Of a stretch of DNA of 64,000 nt, positions 43,742 to 53,688 are shown piece after piece. Source of the stretch: a virus. Made by a program: the position numbers and the translations under genes. The notes below the pieces were generated by a model, which had not been told where the DNA came from, did not search any database, and was given only the letters and a program-made list of their open reading frames with translations. Position 1 is the stretch's first letter. Every line of letters begins with the position of its first letter. The DNA lies in IMG/VR virus record IMGVR_UViG_3300045988_133811, positions 72,790 to 136,789 of that record; one strand, 5' to 3'.

Positions 43742-44571
43742 CAATTGAAGAAGTGAAAGATTACATAAACTCGTCTACAGAGTATGATTTTTTGCGAGAT
43801 TATCCTCATAAAATCGCTTTTCTCACACTAGGTGGAAGTTATGCTTACGGAACAAATACAGAGGATTCTGACATTGATTTACGTGGTGTTTTCCTTAGTG
43901 ATAAAAGAGAGATTTTGTTGAATAATAATCCAAATAATCTTGAAAAGACAGACGATCATAAAGATGTTGATACTGTGTTACATTCGCATATTAAGATGAT
44001 TAACATGCTTGCAAAGGGTAATCCTACGTTTTTAGAGCTGTTATATTTTGCACCAGACCGCTATTTATATATATCTGATATTGGTATGGAACTGATCAAA
44101 AATAGAGATATGTTTTTATCTAAGAGAGTTTATCATGCATATAAAGGATATATATGTGATTGCCTGACTCGAACGAGTTTTAAGTATTATAAAAATAAAG
44201 ATTCAGAGAAAGAAAAGCAAAAGGCGGAACGATACGCTAATAAATCAATGATGCACGCAGTTCGATTATTGTTACAGGGTATTGAATTATTACATAACGG
44301 AACAATGTTTGGATCTATGGATGACATAGGAAAAGATCTTGTAAAGATCAAAGAAGGGTACAATAGTACGCATAAAACATATAGATTTGGCAAACACAAT
44401 GAGCATACAGAATATTTCCCAAATCAGTCATACGATGTTTTTATTGAAGGATTACTTTATCAATTTGATTATGATTATATGAATACTGATTTGCCAGACG
44501 AACCAGACTGGGATCGTATCAATAACTTCTTGATGACAACAAATGAACGAATTGTGAGAGGAATGGTGTAA
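43738..44571 (+). CDS. Pol-beta-superfamily nucleotidyltransferase domain protein
   Basis: FLTLGGSYAYGTNTEDSDIDLRGVF is the GS..G..x9..DxD nucleotidyltransferase signature. Confidence 0.6.
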   Translation: MTIEEVKDYINSSTEYDFLRDYPHKIAFLTLGGSYAYGTNTEDSDIDLRGVFLSDKREILLNNNPNNLEKTDDHKDVDTVLHSHIKMINMLAKGNPTFLELLYFAPDRYLYISDIGMELIKNRDMFLSKRVYHAYKGYICDCLTRTSFKYYKNKDSEKEKQKAERYANKSMMHAVRLLLQGIELLHNGTMFGSMDDIGKDLVKIKEGYNSTHKTYRFGKHNEHTEYFPNQSYDVFIEGLLYQFDYDYMNTDLPDEPDWDRINNFLMTTNERIVRGMV

Positions 44572-44573
44572 AA

Positions 44574-44843
44574 ATGTATGTAAAGATTGGAGACGAAATT
44601 GCTTTTCATCCTGGCGAATGCTTAGAAGAATTTGTTGAATCTTGCAGGATGACTCCTTATCAGCTTGCGAGTAAAATTGGCATGGATGTTGATTATGTTC
44701 AAGGGTTGATTGACGGATCACAAAGTGTTACAAAAGAATTTGCGAAAACAATGGCAGACCATTATGGGTTTGCTGATGATGGGCAGTTCTGGTTAAATTT
44801 GCAAGAAACATTTGATAAGAAAGTAGGTGATAGGGATGTTTAA
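44574..44843 (+). CDS. HigA-like HTH (XRE-family) antitoxin-like protein
   Basis: FHPGECLEEFVESCRMTPYQLASKIGMDVDYVQGLIDGSQSVTKEFAKTMADHYGFADDGQFWLNLQETFD matches the HigA pattern (HPGE..L.E.F..P.G.s...LA..lgv....v..l..g.r.it...A..L...fG.s..FWlNLQ). Confidence 0.6.
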   Translation: MYVKIGDEIAFHPGECLEEFVESCRMTPYQLASKIGMDVDYVQGLIDGSQSVTKEFAKTMADHYGFADDGQFWLNLQETFDKKVGDRDV

Positions 44844-45369
44844 ATTAATAAAACGTCCACGTTCTGATAACGATAAATATACTAAATATGATGTTGTGCT
44901 TGATAAAGAATATACTGTAGAAGAATTTATTGATGCGATTGCAGATGGAAGAAATGGAACGCATGGTCAAATTACAATAAAAAATGATAAAGAAGCCATT
45001 GAATCACTTGTCTATAATATCGAGAGTATTGATTATAGACATTGTGTACTTCAAAATGCTGAAGAAAAAATTAAACAAGTATGGGCAAATGGTAGCTGGT
45101 TAAAAATCAATTATACTATTTTACTTGAAAATAAAAAGGAAACACAAAAAAGTGCGCTCAGATTTATTGTTAAGAAACCAGATGGAGAAGAATCAGTGGT
45201 TGTTATTTTTAGGAACAAGTCAGATAGCACATATTCATTTGTTAATTTGACCAAAGAGCATATTTGTTCATGTAAATTTAAAACAATCGATGAAGCCATT
45301 CAGGATATGAATGACCGACTAAAGAAAGGATTGATTGAGTCCTATGTTATGAAAGGAGAAAGAAAATAA
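44836..45369 (+). CDS. Hypothetical protein
   Basis: Track frame 44827..45369; ATG 44836 after aggtgataggg. Confidence 0.5.
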   Translation: MFKLIKRPRSDNDKYTKYDVVLDKEYTVEEFIDAIADGRNGTHGQITIKNDKEAIESLVYNIESIDYRHCVLQNAEEKIKQVWANGSWLKINYTILLENKKETQKSALRFIVKKPDGEESVVVIFRNKSDSTYSFVNLTKEHICSCKFKTIDEAIQDMNDRLKKGLIESYVMKGERK

Positions 45370-45707
45370 TGGATGTACATATTGGAGATTTTTGGCAGAG
45401 TAAATGTAATCCAAAAGTAATTCAACATGTAGTTAATTTTTCATTTAGAATGGGTGGATTTCCAAGTAGTAAAGATATGCTACTGATCTGTGAAGAATTT
45501 CATTATACAAAGATAGGTGAGAATCCTGCCTCTGTCGAAGAAGATTCCAGATTCTTCTCACATATTACAGTGGATAATTTTAAAAAGATGAATCAATGTA
45601 TTCTAAGTGCTGAGAGGATTATGAAAGATACTCAGGCATTTAAAACAGATAAAGATATTTTGGATTATTTAACAAAGAAAGTGGAGGAGAAATTAAATGC
45701 AAAATAA
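45369..45707 (+). CDS. Hypothetical protein (112 aa)
   Basis: Start overlaps the upstream stop (TAATG). Confidence 0.5.
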   Translation: MDVHIGDFWQSKCNPKVIQHVVNFSFRMGGFPSSKDMLLICEEFHYTKIGENPASVEEDSRFFSHITVDNFKKMNQCILSAERIMKDTQAFKTDKDILDYLTKKVEEKLNAK

Positions 45708-46170
45708 TGTATTTCAGATTTATCTTGCAGGCGGTATGCAGGATTTATCATTTGAAGAGCAGAATACTTGGAGAGAAAGAATTTGCAATCAAATTATTGC
45801 TATGCGTAGAATACTTAATGTTAATATGAAAGAAGTCAACATTATTAACCCCGTTGATTATTACAATTTTCAAACAGAGTTACATGATACAGAAAAAGAA
45901 GTAATGAGATTTGTTACAAATTTTGTTAGACATAGTGATCTTGTTGTGGTAAATGCGAATGATCCGAAGAGTATTGGTACATCTATGGAGATTGCAATTG
46001 CATATGAACGTCATATTCCTGTACTGATTTTGAATACAGAAAAGAAAAGATTGCATGCTTGGTGGGTGCAAATGTCTGACAAGATATTTGACGATGAGAA
46101 AAAATTATGTACATATATATATGACTTTTATCTCAGGATGAATCATAGTAGTATTCGAGCATGGGTGTAA
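45697..46170 (+). CDS. Nucleoside 2-deoxyribosyltransferase-like protein
   Basis: IYLAGGMQDL near the N-terminus and overall NDT/Rcl-like layout (…DLVVVNANDPKSIGTSMEIAIAYERHIPVLIL). Confidence 0.5.
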   Translation: MQNNVFQIYLAGGMQDLSFEEQNTWRERICNQIIAMRRILNVNMKEVNIINPVDYYNFQTELHDTEKEVMRFVTNFVRHSDLVVVNANDPKSIGTSMEIAIAYERHIPVLILNTEKKRLHAWWVQMSDKIFDDEKKLCTYIYDFYLRMNHSSIRAWV

Positions 46171-46203
46171 ATGCAATGATATGAAATAGGAATTTGAGGC
46201 AAA

Positions 46204-46335
46204 ATGAAAGGAGTTGAATCACTATCACGGCAGAGAAACAAGGCAAGTTTATTATTTTCCATCTGGATGATGGTAAAACTTGTAAATATGATTTATCAAA
46301 TGGTGATTGCTATGGCAAAAGTGGTAAGAAAGTGA
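46204..46335 (+). CDS. Small hydrophobic protein (43 aa; below the ORF-track threshold)
   Basis: RBS gaggcaaa + ATG 46204; MKGVESLSRQRNKASLLFSIWMMVKLVNMIYQMVIAMAKVVRK; stop overlaps the GTG start of the next gene. Confidence 0.35.
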   Translation: MKGVESLSRQRNKASLLFSIWMMVKLVNMIYQMVIAMAKVVRK

Positions 46336-47366
46336 AAGCTTTAAATAATATTCTGTCTGGGCATTCGGCTGATGAATTGGATAAATTATTTGTGTCCGAT
46401 CCACATTATGCAGAGTTTTTAAAATATGTAAACTGGCGAAAAAATTGTGAAATGGGAAGAACTACATGGGGCTTCATTGATTATAATTTAGGAACATTGT
46501 TTAAATATGCAAGTAAATATTCGGTATGTGAGCAGTTCTTTGCTATAGGATTTACACATAAACAAGTCACAGAAGATTTTAAATATTCAATCAATGAAGT
46601 ACCAAAATGGTTAAGAAATTATTGTCTTGGTGTGAAGAATAGACGATTGTTAAGTAATGATTTTGTTGATTTTTATAAGATGTATCCAGATTATGTACAA
46701 ACGATTTTACAGACAGAGTATATGACATTAACTAAAGAATATTTAATAAATTTCTTCGAGGATAATCATAGATATCGTTTTACGAAAATTTTGGAGGCTT
46801 TAAATCAGGATTATGGCTATAATCTTGCAGAGGTGTTTGTTTATATAGATAGAATAATTACATTTGAAGCTGCTACCAATAGTATAAATTGGTTACTCGG
46901 AGAATTGCGTGATTATGCCCGTATGATGGACGCAATCAGTCATAAATTTGATAGATATCCAAGACATTTCAAAACAACAATGGATATTGTCACAAGAAAT
47001 TACAAAAGATTGCAAAAAGAATTTTCGGAAGAAGTCTTTAAGAACCGTATTAATAAAGAATACGAATTTACATATAAAGGACTGAGATTCTTTTATCCAG
47101 ATTCTACTCAAGACATTAAAGACGAAGCGGTGCAGCAAAATAATTGTGTGGCAAGTTACATAGATCGAGTCATTGATGGCGAATGCCATATTATGTTCTT
47201 GAGAAGAGTAAAAGAACCAAACAAATCGTTAGTGACGATTGAAATACAAAATGGACGAATCGTACAAGCACTGCAAAGATTCAATGATCCTCTAACTGCC
47301 GATCAACAAGAAGCGGTTGATGCATGGAATAAACATTTTAGTAAGAAAGGTAAGGTGGCAGCATGA
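46332..47366 (+). CDS. PcfJ-like protein
   Basis: C-terminal QQNNCVASYIDRVIDGECHIMFLRRVKEPNKSLVTIEIQNGRIVQALQRFNDP matches the PcfJ family. GTG start coupled to the upstream small ORF (start uncertain). Confidence 0.5.
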   Translation: MKALNNILSGHSADELDKLFVSDPHYAEFLKYVNWRKNCEMGRTTWGFIDYNLGTLFKYASKYSVCEQFFAIGFTHKQVTEDFKYSINEVPKWLRNYCLGVKNRRLLSNDFVDFYKMYPDYVQTILQTEYMTLTKEYLINFFEDNHRYRFTKILEALNQDYGYNLAEVFVYIDRIITFEAATNSINWLLGELRDYARMMDAISHKFDRYPRHFKTTMDIVTRNYKRLQKEFSEEVFKNRINKEYEFTYKGLRFFYPDSTQDIKDEAVQQNNCVASYIDRVIDGECHIMFLRRVKEPNKSLVTIEIQNGRIVQALQRFNDPLTADQQEAVDAWNKHFSKKGKVAA

Positions 47367-47902
47367 TTAATATTAATGAATTGACAACAGATCATAAGAT
47401 TAAATTAAAGAAACCAATGGGATGCTTCGATAATCTTGGCGAGGTATGTGAGATTGTTAAGATTGATACAGATGAAAATGTTATTAATTTTAGATTTGGT
47501 GTAGATGGAGTACATCTTGGCGTGATGTCAGGAGATGAATTGGAAAAATATTTTGATGTTATTGAACCAACTGTTATTCCTGATGATTATGAGTGGCATC
47601 CATATGGTTTTATTGAAGATAATCAGGTTATGTATCATGCTCTTAAGAATGGTAGTATTTCGATGGAGACTACATATGATGGAGATGGAACAATTTCTGT
47701 TGTGTATGAGCACCCTGAAAATCCTTATCGGCAAATTAAAAATGGGCAAAGAGGTAGGTTTTATTGTGAAGATTTGAAAGTAGCATTTTTTAAATTAAAG
47801 AAAACATACTATGACAAATTATATGAAGATATACAAGAAGAAGCCATGTTGGATTTTGTTAAAAATAAAGACAAATTAGAGCCAGTTGAAGTCAATGAAT
47901 AG
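47363..47902 (+). CDS. Hypothetical protein (179 aa)
   Basis: Overlapping start ATGA; the embedded 80-aa and 73-aa frames are judged spurious. Confidence 0.55.
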   Translation: MININELTTDHKIKLKKPMGCFDNLGEVCEIVKIDTDENVINFRFGVDGVHLGVMSGDELEKYFDVIEPTVIPDDYEWHPYGFIEDNQVMYHALKNGSISMETTYDGDGTISVVYEHPENPYRQIKNGQRGRFYCEDLKVAFFKLKKTYYDKLYEDIQEEAMLDFVKNKDKLEPVEVNE

Positions 47903-47911
47903 TAGGATGCA

Positions 47912-48106
47912 ATGATAGATAATGTTAAATTAACAATCAGGATATTTTCAATTGCTGTGTGCGTATTGTTGTATGTAGTTATCTTGGTTTGGTTCATAAT
48001 TACTGGTTGTGATGATTCATCCTATTGGGATTGGACTAAATATTATAGGACATTTTTCTTATGGATTATGTTACATGTAGTATGCTTAATTGGAGTAATT
48101 ATATAG
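47912..48106 (+). CDS. Small membrane protein (2 TM)
   Basis: IFSIAVCVLLYVVILVWFII and FFLWIMLHVVCLIGVII. Confidence 0.45.
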   Translation: MIDNVKLTIRIFSIAVCVLLYVVILVWFIITGCDDSSYWDWTKYYRTFFLWIMLHVVCLIGVII

Positions 48107-48133
48107 GCTTGGTGTTAGAAAGAGGTGATAAAG

Positions 48134-48532
48134 ATGGGCGATTTTAAAGTTGGAGACGAAGTGTATTTTGCTTGGTACGATGAACCATATACTGTTAAAT
48201 CTGGAATTATTACGGAGATTAAATGTCTTGGCGATCTAATATATATAATGATACAAGACAGTATAACGCATGGTTTATATATGGTTCTTTTAGAAGAGAT
48301 ATATCGCACTGAATCAGAAATAAAAGCGGTTCTAAAACGAGAGTTTTATGGCAAGGTAAATGAGGTTAAAAAAGACATTCATACCTTAGAAGATTTGCTG
48401 AAATTTATGTATGACAATGGTCTCGTAGATTGGTCATCACCACATATAAATGGTTGGCAGACAGATTGGGTAAGTCGTGTTGCAGTACGAGAACTGGCAA
48501 AAGAAATTTGCGGTATTGAGTTAGGAGAGTAA
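48134..48532 (+). CDS. Hypothetical protein
   Basis: Track frame 48125..48532; ATG 48134 after agaggtgataa. Confidence 0.5.
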   Translation: MGDFKVGDEVYFAWYDEPYTVKSGIITEIKCLGDLIYIMIQDSITHGLYMVLLEEIYRTESEIKAVLKREFYGKVNEVKKDIHTLEDLLKFMYDNGLVDWSSPHINGWQTDWVSRVAVRELAKEICGIELGE

Positions 48533-48537
48533 TGTAA

Positions 48538-48942
48538 ATGAACAAGCTTTATCAATACAATGGAATGTATTGTCGAGCACAAAACCAATGTGATAATAAA
48601 TGGTTTGTCGGAGCATATATCGGTAATGAGTGGTTGTTATTCCCAAGATGTGATAATGCTACTCTGTACGGATGTCAAATTAAGCCAGAGTCTATCTGTA
48701 GATCAACAGGCAGAGAAAATGAGTTTGAATATGATGTAGTACAGATGGTCGACGATGACGAAGACGTATATTTGATTATTTATAATGATGAAGATTTGGC
48801 GTGGCAGATGTTATCTGTTTATGGTTCTGATATGATTGATTTAGGAGAAATTAAACCAGATCAATATGTGAAACTTGGCAATATCAAAGAAGATGATTAT
48901 TGGAGAAAGGAATGGGAAAGACAGAGTGAAAAAAGAAAATAA
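48538..48942 (+). CDS. Hypothetical protein (134 aa)
   Basis: Start 6 nt after the upstream stop. Confidence 0.5.
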   Translation: MNKLYQYNGMYCRAQNQCDNKWFVGAYIGNEWLLFPRCDNATLYGCQIKPESICRSTGRENEFEYDVVQMVDDDEDVYLIIYNDEDLAWQMLSVYGSDMIDLGEIKPDQYVKLGNIKEDDYWRKEWERQSEKRK

Positions 48943-49381
48943 TAAAGTATTTACATACGGGCAGTTAGAAGAATTAAGAGATAGTTTAGTAGTTCCAATG
49001 AGTGAGGTTGAATCAAATAAGCAAGATCATATACTTCGAAAATATTATAACATATGTAGTTTACTTGATACGTTTCAACTGACGAAACCGCTAGTTGATG
49101 AACTAAAATGTCAGCCGATTGCAGCGAGATATTTTGTTTTTTCGCTATGGAACGAATTGGTAAATTCGTGTATTAATGCTTGCGACACACTGACTGTGAA
49201 CGACATAGAGAATCGAGATTCCAAAAACCTATTATCTACTAAAATCAATGCGGCACAGTACATCCATGTATTAAATGATATGATTTCCGTAAATGATTAT
49301 ACAACAATTCAAGATGAGGCGTTGCAGTTTGCAATTGATACAATTAAGGAGAAATATAATGGAGAAAGAAAAGAAAAGTAA
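48893..49381 (+). CDS. Hypothetical protein (start uncertain)
   Basis: Track frame 48875..49381 begins at TTG. First ATG at 48893; overlaps the previous gene by 50 nt. Confidence 0.4.
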   Translation: MIIGERNGKDRVKKENNKVFTYGQLEELRDSLVVPMSEVESNKQDHILRKYYNICSLLDTFQLTKPLVDELKCQPIAARYFVFSLWNELVNSCINACDTLTVNDIENRDSKNLLSTKINAAQYIHVLNDMISVNDYTTIQDEALQFAIDTIKEKYNGERKEK

Positions 49382-49592
49382 ATTACATACGCCAAAAGAA
49401 ATTTTAAATGCACTGCATGTGATTCAGGATACGTGCGAATATTATCTTGTAAACGGATATGAAGATTGCAGAAAATGTCCTCTATGTACAATAGAAGAAG
49501 ATTCTCCGACGTGTACGGTCACATGCTTTGAGCCTTATAATTGGAGTATTGCAGATGATCCAGATACTACGTGGCGAGCATTTGAAAAGTAG
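49359..49592 (+). CDS. Small Cys-rich protein, paralog A
   Basis: Track frame 49293..49592; ATG 49359 after aaggagaaatata. ...LNALHVIQDTCEYYLVNGYEDCRKCPLC... Confidence 0.45.
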   Translation: MEKEKKSKLHTPKEILNALHVIQDTCEYYLVNGYEDCRKCPLCTIEEDSPTCTVTCFEPYNWSIADDPDTTWRAFEK

Positions 49593-49597
49593 GAGGT

Positions 49598-49840
49598 GTG
49601 TATATGTTTGATAAAAATTATGGAGAGTATACAGAAGAAGCAGTGGCTGTTGCATTAAAAACAATTCAAGATATTTGTGCTCTTAACAAAGATAGTTGTG
49701 GTTGTAGTAGTAAATGTCCGTTTTTAGAATTGTGGGACGGGGGAGCTAGGCAAATATGTCATATCTCCTATAATTATCCTGATGACTGGAAATTAAACCA
49801 ATTTCCGCCTAAACAATGGGAGCCTTTTTACAAGGGATAA
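49598..49840 (+). CDS. Small Cys-rich protein, paralog B
   Basis: RBS taggaggtgtgtat; similar in length and Cys spacing to 49359..49592 (AVALKTIQDICALNKDSCGCSSKCPF). Confidence 0.5.
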   Translation: MYMFDKNYGEYTEEAVAVALKTIQDICALNKDSCGCSSKCPFLELWDGGARQICHISYNYPDDWKLNQFPPKQWEPFYKG

Positions 49841-49871
49841 ATTGCATAAACACAAGTAAATAAAGGAGAAA

Positions 49872-50414
49872 ATGTCGTTGAAATTAAATGACGAACAGAG
49901 AAAATTAGTGGAACAAAATCATAATTTGATTTACTCTGCTATGCGGAAATTTGGTATCCACAGACAAGATTTTGATGACTATTATGGATTCGCTGCTATT
50001 GGGTTGTGTAAGGCAGCAATTGATTATGATGAAACACGATCTAAATCATTTTCGACATATGCATATTTATGTATACAAAATGAGATAATGGTATATAACA
50101 AATATAGATTTCGGCAGAGAAGAAAAGGTGATATGAATACTATTTCATATAATCATATGTTAGATGATTGGGATGAAGACAAAAATGAAAATTCATTTCT
50201 TTTAAAGGATGAAGAAAATTTTGAAAAAAATATTATTTTCAAGTTGAATTTTCAAGATAAATGTTACACACTAAATAATAAGGACAGAATGATTGTTGAT
50301 TTAAAATCAAAAGGTTATACATATCAAGAAATCGCAAAAATGTTTGGTACATCATTTCAAGCGATACAACAAAAGATTAAAAGAATGCGATCAACAACAT
50401 TTTCCAGATTATAA
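49872..50414 (+). CDS. Sigma-70 family (ECF-like) sigma factor, second copy
   Basis: N-terminus MSLKLNDEQRKLVEQNHNLIY... parallels MKKLNDEQRKLIEDNYSLIW of 43190..43741. Region 2 AAIGLCKAAIDYDETRSKSFSTYAYLCIQNEI; region 4 GYTYQEIAKMFGTSFQAIQQKIKRM. Confidence 0.65.
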   Translation: MSLKLNDEQRKLVEQNHNLIYSAMRKFGIHRQDFDDYYGFAAIGLCKAAIDYDETRSKSFSTYAYLCIQNEIMVYNKYRFRQRRKGDMNTISYNHMLDDWDEDKNENSFLLKDEENFEKNIIFKLNFQDKCYTLNNKDRMIVDLKSKGYTYQEIAKMFGTSFQAIQQKIKRMRSTTFSRL

Positions 50415-50451
50415 AAGTTGAATAACGCAAACAACTTTTATTATTTTTTTT
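50415..50451 (+). terminator. Rho-independent terminator (aagttg-aataacgcaaa-caactt + ttattttttttt)
   Basis: 6-bp stem plus a long T tract. Confidence 0.6.
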
Positions 50452-50626
50452 GACGCATTTGTTATAAACGTAATAGAACGATTATAACAATATAAGCCGA
50501 TCAGATAAAATTATTTTTTGTTCCTGTTGGCTTTGGCAGAGTTGACAGTGGATATAAATTGATGACTTATTTACAAACTAAAAACTAATTAAACAAATTT
50601 AATAACAAGAGGAGGAATTCTATTTA

Positions 50627-51862
50627 ATGAATTTTGAAATGACAGGAAAGCTCAGCATTAGCAAGGACACAGAAAAATTTCACCCTTACAGTGAGACAAA
50701 ATATGAAAAGTCAGGCTGGGTACGAAGAAGACTGTTATTTAATGTGACATGCGGTGACAGTAGACATATGTTAACTGTTGATGCAGGAAGTTTCGAAGAT
50801 GGACACGGTGATGTCTATACATATTCCAAACCAGAATACAACTCAAGTGGTAAGAAAATCAAAGATGGAGAAAAAATTCAGATTCCTTTTAAAGACAGAT
50901 TAACATCTCCAAAACTGGAAGAAGTATCAGATTTCAGAAAATTTGTTTTTGACCTAGAAAAACCAGGAAGAAGATACAAATTAAAAAATGCCTTAGAAAA
51001 AATCAAAGAAGGTAAAGATATTACGGATAAAGATCTTGCCGAAGTTGGATTAACGTCCGTAGATGAGCTTGAAAAAGAGTACGAAAAGAGCAAAAAGAGA
51101 CATCATGAGTTTATCTCTGAATGGGATTACGCAGAATTTATCAAAAAAGTCATTGATAGTGGCAAATATGATGATTGCAATTTCCATATCAGAGGACGTG
51201 GAGATTATTCATATTCTGATGACAAAGAAAGATTTTATGAGAATCTAATTCCTAACAGAATTTATCTCGCAGCAGATGATGATGAACCATATTCTACAGC
51301 AACAATGAGTTTTGTATTTGGAGCTGAGAGCTTAGACGAAACAAGTGTTGAGGAAGACGGTAAATATTACGTTAATGGATTTGTCTTTGAATACATCCAG
51401 AGCAGAAAGAAAAAATTAGCCGTTCCAACAACAATTGTTATTCCAGTTCCTGATAAAGAAAAAGACGAAAGCGGATACAAGAAAGCCAATGGATTAAAGA
51501 GAAAATTCATTGTTGAAGATGAAGATAAATACATGGAATACGGTATTCTCGTAGACATGATTAATGGTTCTCAGCGTGTAGAACTTACAGAGGACATGCT
51601 CTCAGAAGAACAGAGAGACGACCTTGAATGTGGAATCATTACTATGGAAGAGATTCAAAAGGCGATTGGCGGAAGTGCTTATGGAGATAAGGTCAAAGAG
51701 TATCAGCTAATTAAACCATCACGCAACGGTATCAAAGAAGGCGTTCAGGACACTGTTTATACAGCAGAAGATATGGAAGTACCTGCATTAGAGATTGATG
51801 AAAATGAAGATTTATTCTCAGAAGAATCAGTTAGTGATGACGATGAAGATTTATTTGATTAG
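50627..51862 (+). CDS. SSB-like protein with an acidic C-terminal tail (DDDEDLFD)
   Basis: RBS aagaggagga. C-terminal acidic tail typical of single-strand binding proteins. N-terminal region assumed to be OB-fold-like (not verified). Confidence 0.4.
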   Translation: MNFEMTGKLSISKDTEKFHPYSETKYEKSGWVRRRLLFNVTCGDSRHMLTVDAGSFEDGHGDVYTYSKPEYNSSGKKIKDGEKIQIPFKDRLTSPKLEEVSDFRKFVFDLEKPGRRYKLKNALEKIKEGKDITDKDLAEVGLTSVDELEKEYEKSKKRHHEFISEWDYAEFIKKVIDSGKYDDCNFHIRGRGDYSYSDDKERFYENLIPNRIYLAADDDEPYSTATMSFVFGAESLDETSVEEDGKYYVNGFVFEYIQSRKKKLAVPTTIVIPVPDKEKDESGYKKANGLKRKFIVEDEDKYMEYGILVDMINGSQRVELTEDMLSEEQRDDLECGIITMEEIQKAIGGSAYGDKVKEYQLIKPSRNGIKEGVQDTVYTAEDMEVPALEIDENEDLFSEESVSDDDEDLFD

Positions 51863-51940
51863 AGTTTAGAGCTTTTAGCTCTTTACTCGCTTGATGATTT
51901 ATGAAACAAAACACTGTCTTTAAAAGGAGAAATTATACAT

Positions 51941-53140
51941 ATGGAATTACCAGTAATTAACGAAATTAAACCAGATATTAAAAACCTGTCAATCTATCTT
52001 AGATCCATTAAAAAGTTTGGAAAGACTACATTATTCAGAGATGTAATTATTGCAAAATATGGAGATCCGTCATGTGGACTTCTCGTACAGTGCGGATTTG
52101 AAAAAGGAACAAAGATGTTAGATAACATCAACACTCTGCGTATTACATCTTATGAAGATGCGATCGAACTTAAAGAATACCTAATTAACAAAAGAGTATT
52201 CAAGAGAGATAAATCTGGCAAGATTGTCCGTAACGAAAAGAGAAAACCAGAATACATCCCAGTAAAACACAATATTCAGATGGTTTGCTTTGATACAGTT
52301 GATGAAATTTGCCCACTGTTTGAAGAAGAAACAATCAGAATCAGCAATAAAGAAGGACAGAAAAAATGCAAAACTATCAATGCTGCAATGGGTGGTTATC
52401 AGGCAGGACAGAGATACACAGCTGATATGATCAAAGCTTATATGGGTGATATTGAAGATGCTGGCATCGGTGTTTGGGGAATTGCTCATACAAAATTCAA
52501 AACTATCAGAGAAAAAGGTGGCTTAGAAGAAGATGGATATCAGCAGTTAACATCTAATCTTGTAAGTGCTTATGAATCTGCTTTTGGTGATATTTTTGAT
52601 GTAACTTTCACTGGTGTAATTGACAGAAATGTTGAAGTCAGAGGTGAAGGTGATAAAGCTAAGAGATATGCTACAGATGAAATTAGAAAACTTTATTTCC
52701 GTGGAACAACATTAATTGATGCTGGTGGTAGATTTGCTTCTGATGCAGTTCCTGAATATATGGTATTTGACAAAGGAAACATGGGAGAAGATTTCATTGA
52801 AGTGGTAGAAGATGGAATGGAGAAATCTAAAACAGTTCTTTCTAAAAAAACTAAAAAGCCAACTTCTCAGCCAGAGCCAGAAGATGAGATCGAGGAAGAC
52901 ATCGATGATGTTATTGAAGACGATGTCGTAGAAGCTGACGAAGATTTAATGGAAGATGTCGTTGATGAAGACGTATCAGATGACTACCCAGAAGATTTAA
53001 GAGAACATGTAAAAGAATTATATAAAACTTGTGGAGACGCAGATTTAAAAACAAAAGTTAAAGGCATCATTAAGCAGTATGGAAAACTTAGCGAAGTTGA
53101 TGATGATGGGTTAAAAGAAATGTATGATCTGCTGAAATAG
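51941..53140 (+). CDS. Putative phage recombination/replication ATPase (AAA_24/Sak4-like?) with an acidic C-terminal region
   Basis: SIKKFGKTTLF degenerate P-loop; long acidic C-terminus. RBS aaaaggagaaatt. Confidence 0.3.
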   Translation: MELPVINEIKPDIKNLSIYLRSIKKFGKTTLFRDVIIAKYGDPSCGLLVQCGFEKGTKMLDNINTLRITSYEDAIELKEYLINKRVFKRDKSGKIVRNEKRKPEYIPVKHNIQMVCFDTVDEICPLFEEETIRISNKEGQKKCKTINAAMGGYQAGQRYTADMIKAYMGDIEDAGIGVWGIAHTKFKTIREKGGLEEDGYQQLTSNLVSAYESAFGDIFDVTFTGVIDRNVEVRGEGDKAKRYATDEIRKLYFRGTTLIDAGGRFASDAVPEYMVFDKGNMGEDFIEVVEDGMEKSKTVLSKKTKKPTSQPEPEDEIEEDIDDVIEDDVVEADEDLMEDVVDEDVSDDYPEDLREHVKELYKTCGDADLKTKVKGIIKQYGKLSEVDDDGLKEMYDLLK

Positions 53141-53151
53141 GAGTCTGAGCA

Positions 53152-53688
53152 ATGCTTGTAAAATGTAGAATTTGCGGCAAAAAAGTAGACAGAAACGAAG
53201 CTTTTAAAGTAGCAGTAGAAGGTAAACCAAATGCCTACTACTGCTCAGAAGCTGAGTATAACAAAATGATGGAGAACCGCAAAAATAGAAATGATACATA
53301 TTATTGTATTTATGATATTTTCGGCTATACGGTAACGAACACTGTATTAAATAAGGAAGTAAATGCTCTTGGCAAGATTTACGGATTTAAGCTGATATTA
53401 GAATACTTGCATGACAATCAAGAATATTTAACAAGAATTGTTGGGAGAGAATATAATAGCGAGTTTGCTAAGATTAAATACTTTTCAGCAATTTTAAAAA
53501 ATAGTCTGGTTGATTATAGGGATTCTGACGAAAAGATTCCGCAGAGAAAACAAGCTACAGTTAAGCACCATGATGTAAGCAAACAGATCAATGAAAATAT
53601 CGGAACCGAAAAAACTAAATACAAAAAGAAAAAGAAATCTCGTAGATGTATTGACGATATTTTGACGGAAGTTGGTGAGAAAGAATAG
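53152..53688 (+). CDS. Zinc-ribbon protein upstream of the helicase (possible helicase loader)
   Basis: CRICGKK...YYCSEAEY. The loader call rests on position only. Confidence 0.3.
   Translation: MLVKCRICGKKVDRNEAFKVAVEGKPNAYYCSEAEYNKMMENRKNRNDTYYCIYDIFGYTVTNTVLNKEVNALGKIYGFKLILEYLHDNQEYLTRIVGREYNSEFAKIKYFSAILKNSLVDYRDSDEKIPQRKQATVKHHDVSKQINENIGTEKTKYKKKKKSRRCIDDILTEVGEKE

Noticed and set aside
46893-47189. 98-aa minus-strand ORF and other >60-aa antisense ORFs throughout the window (for example 5220..5642, 18239..18652, 19647..20135, 28929..29276)
   Set aside because: All lie antisense within well-supported + strand genes, lack RBSs, and have low-complexity composition.
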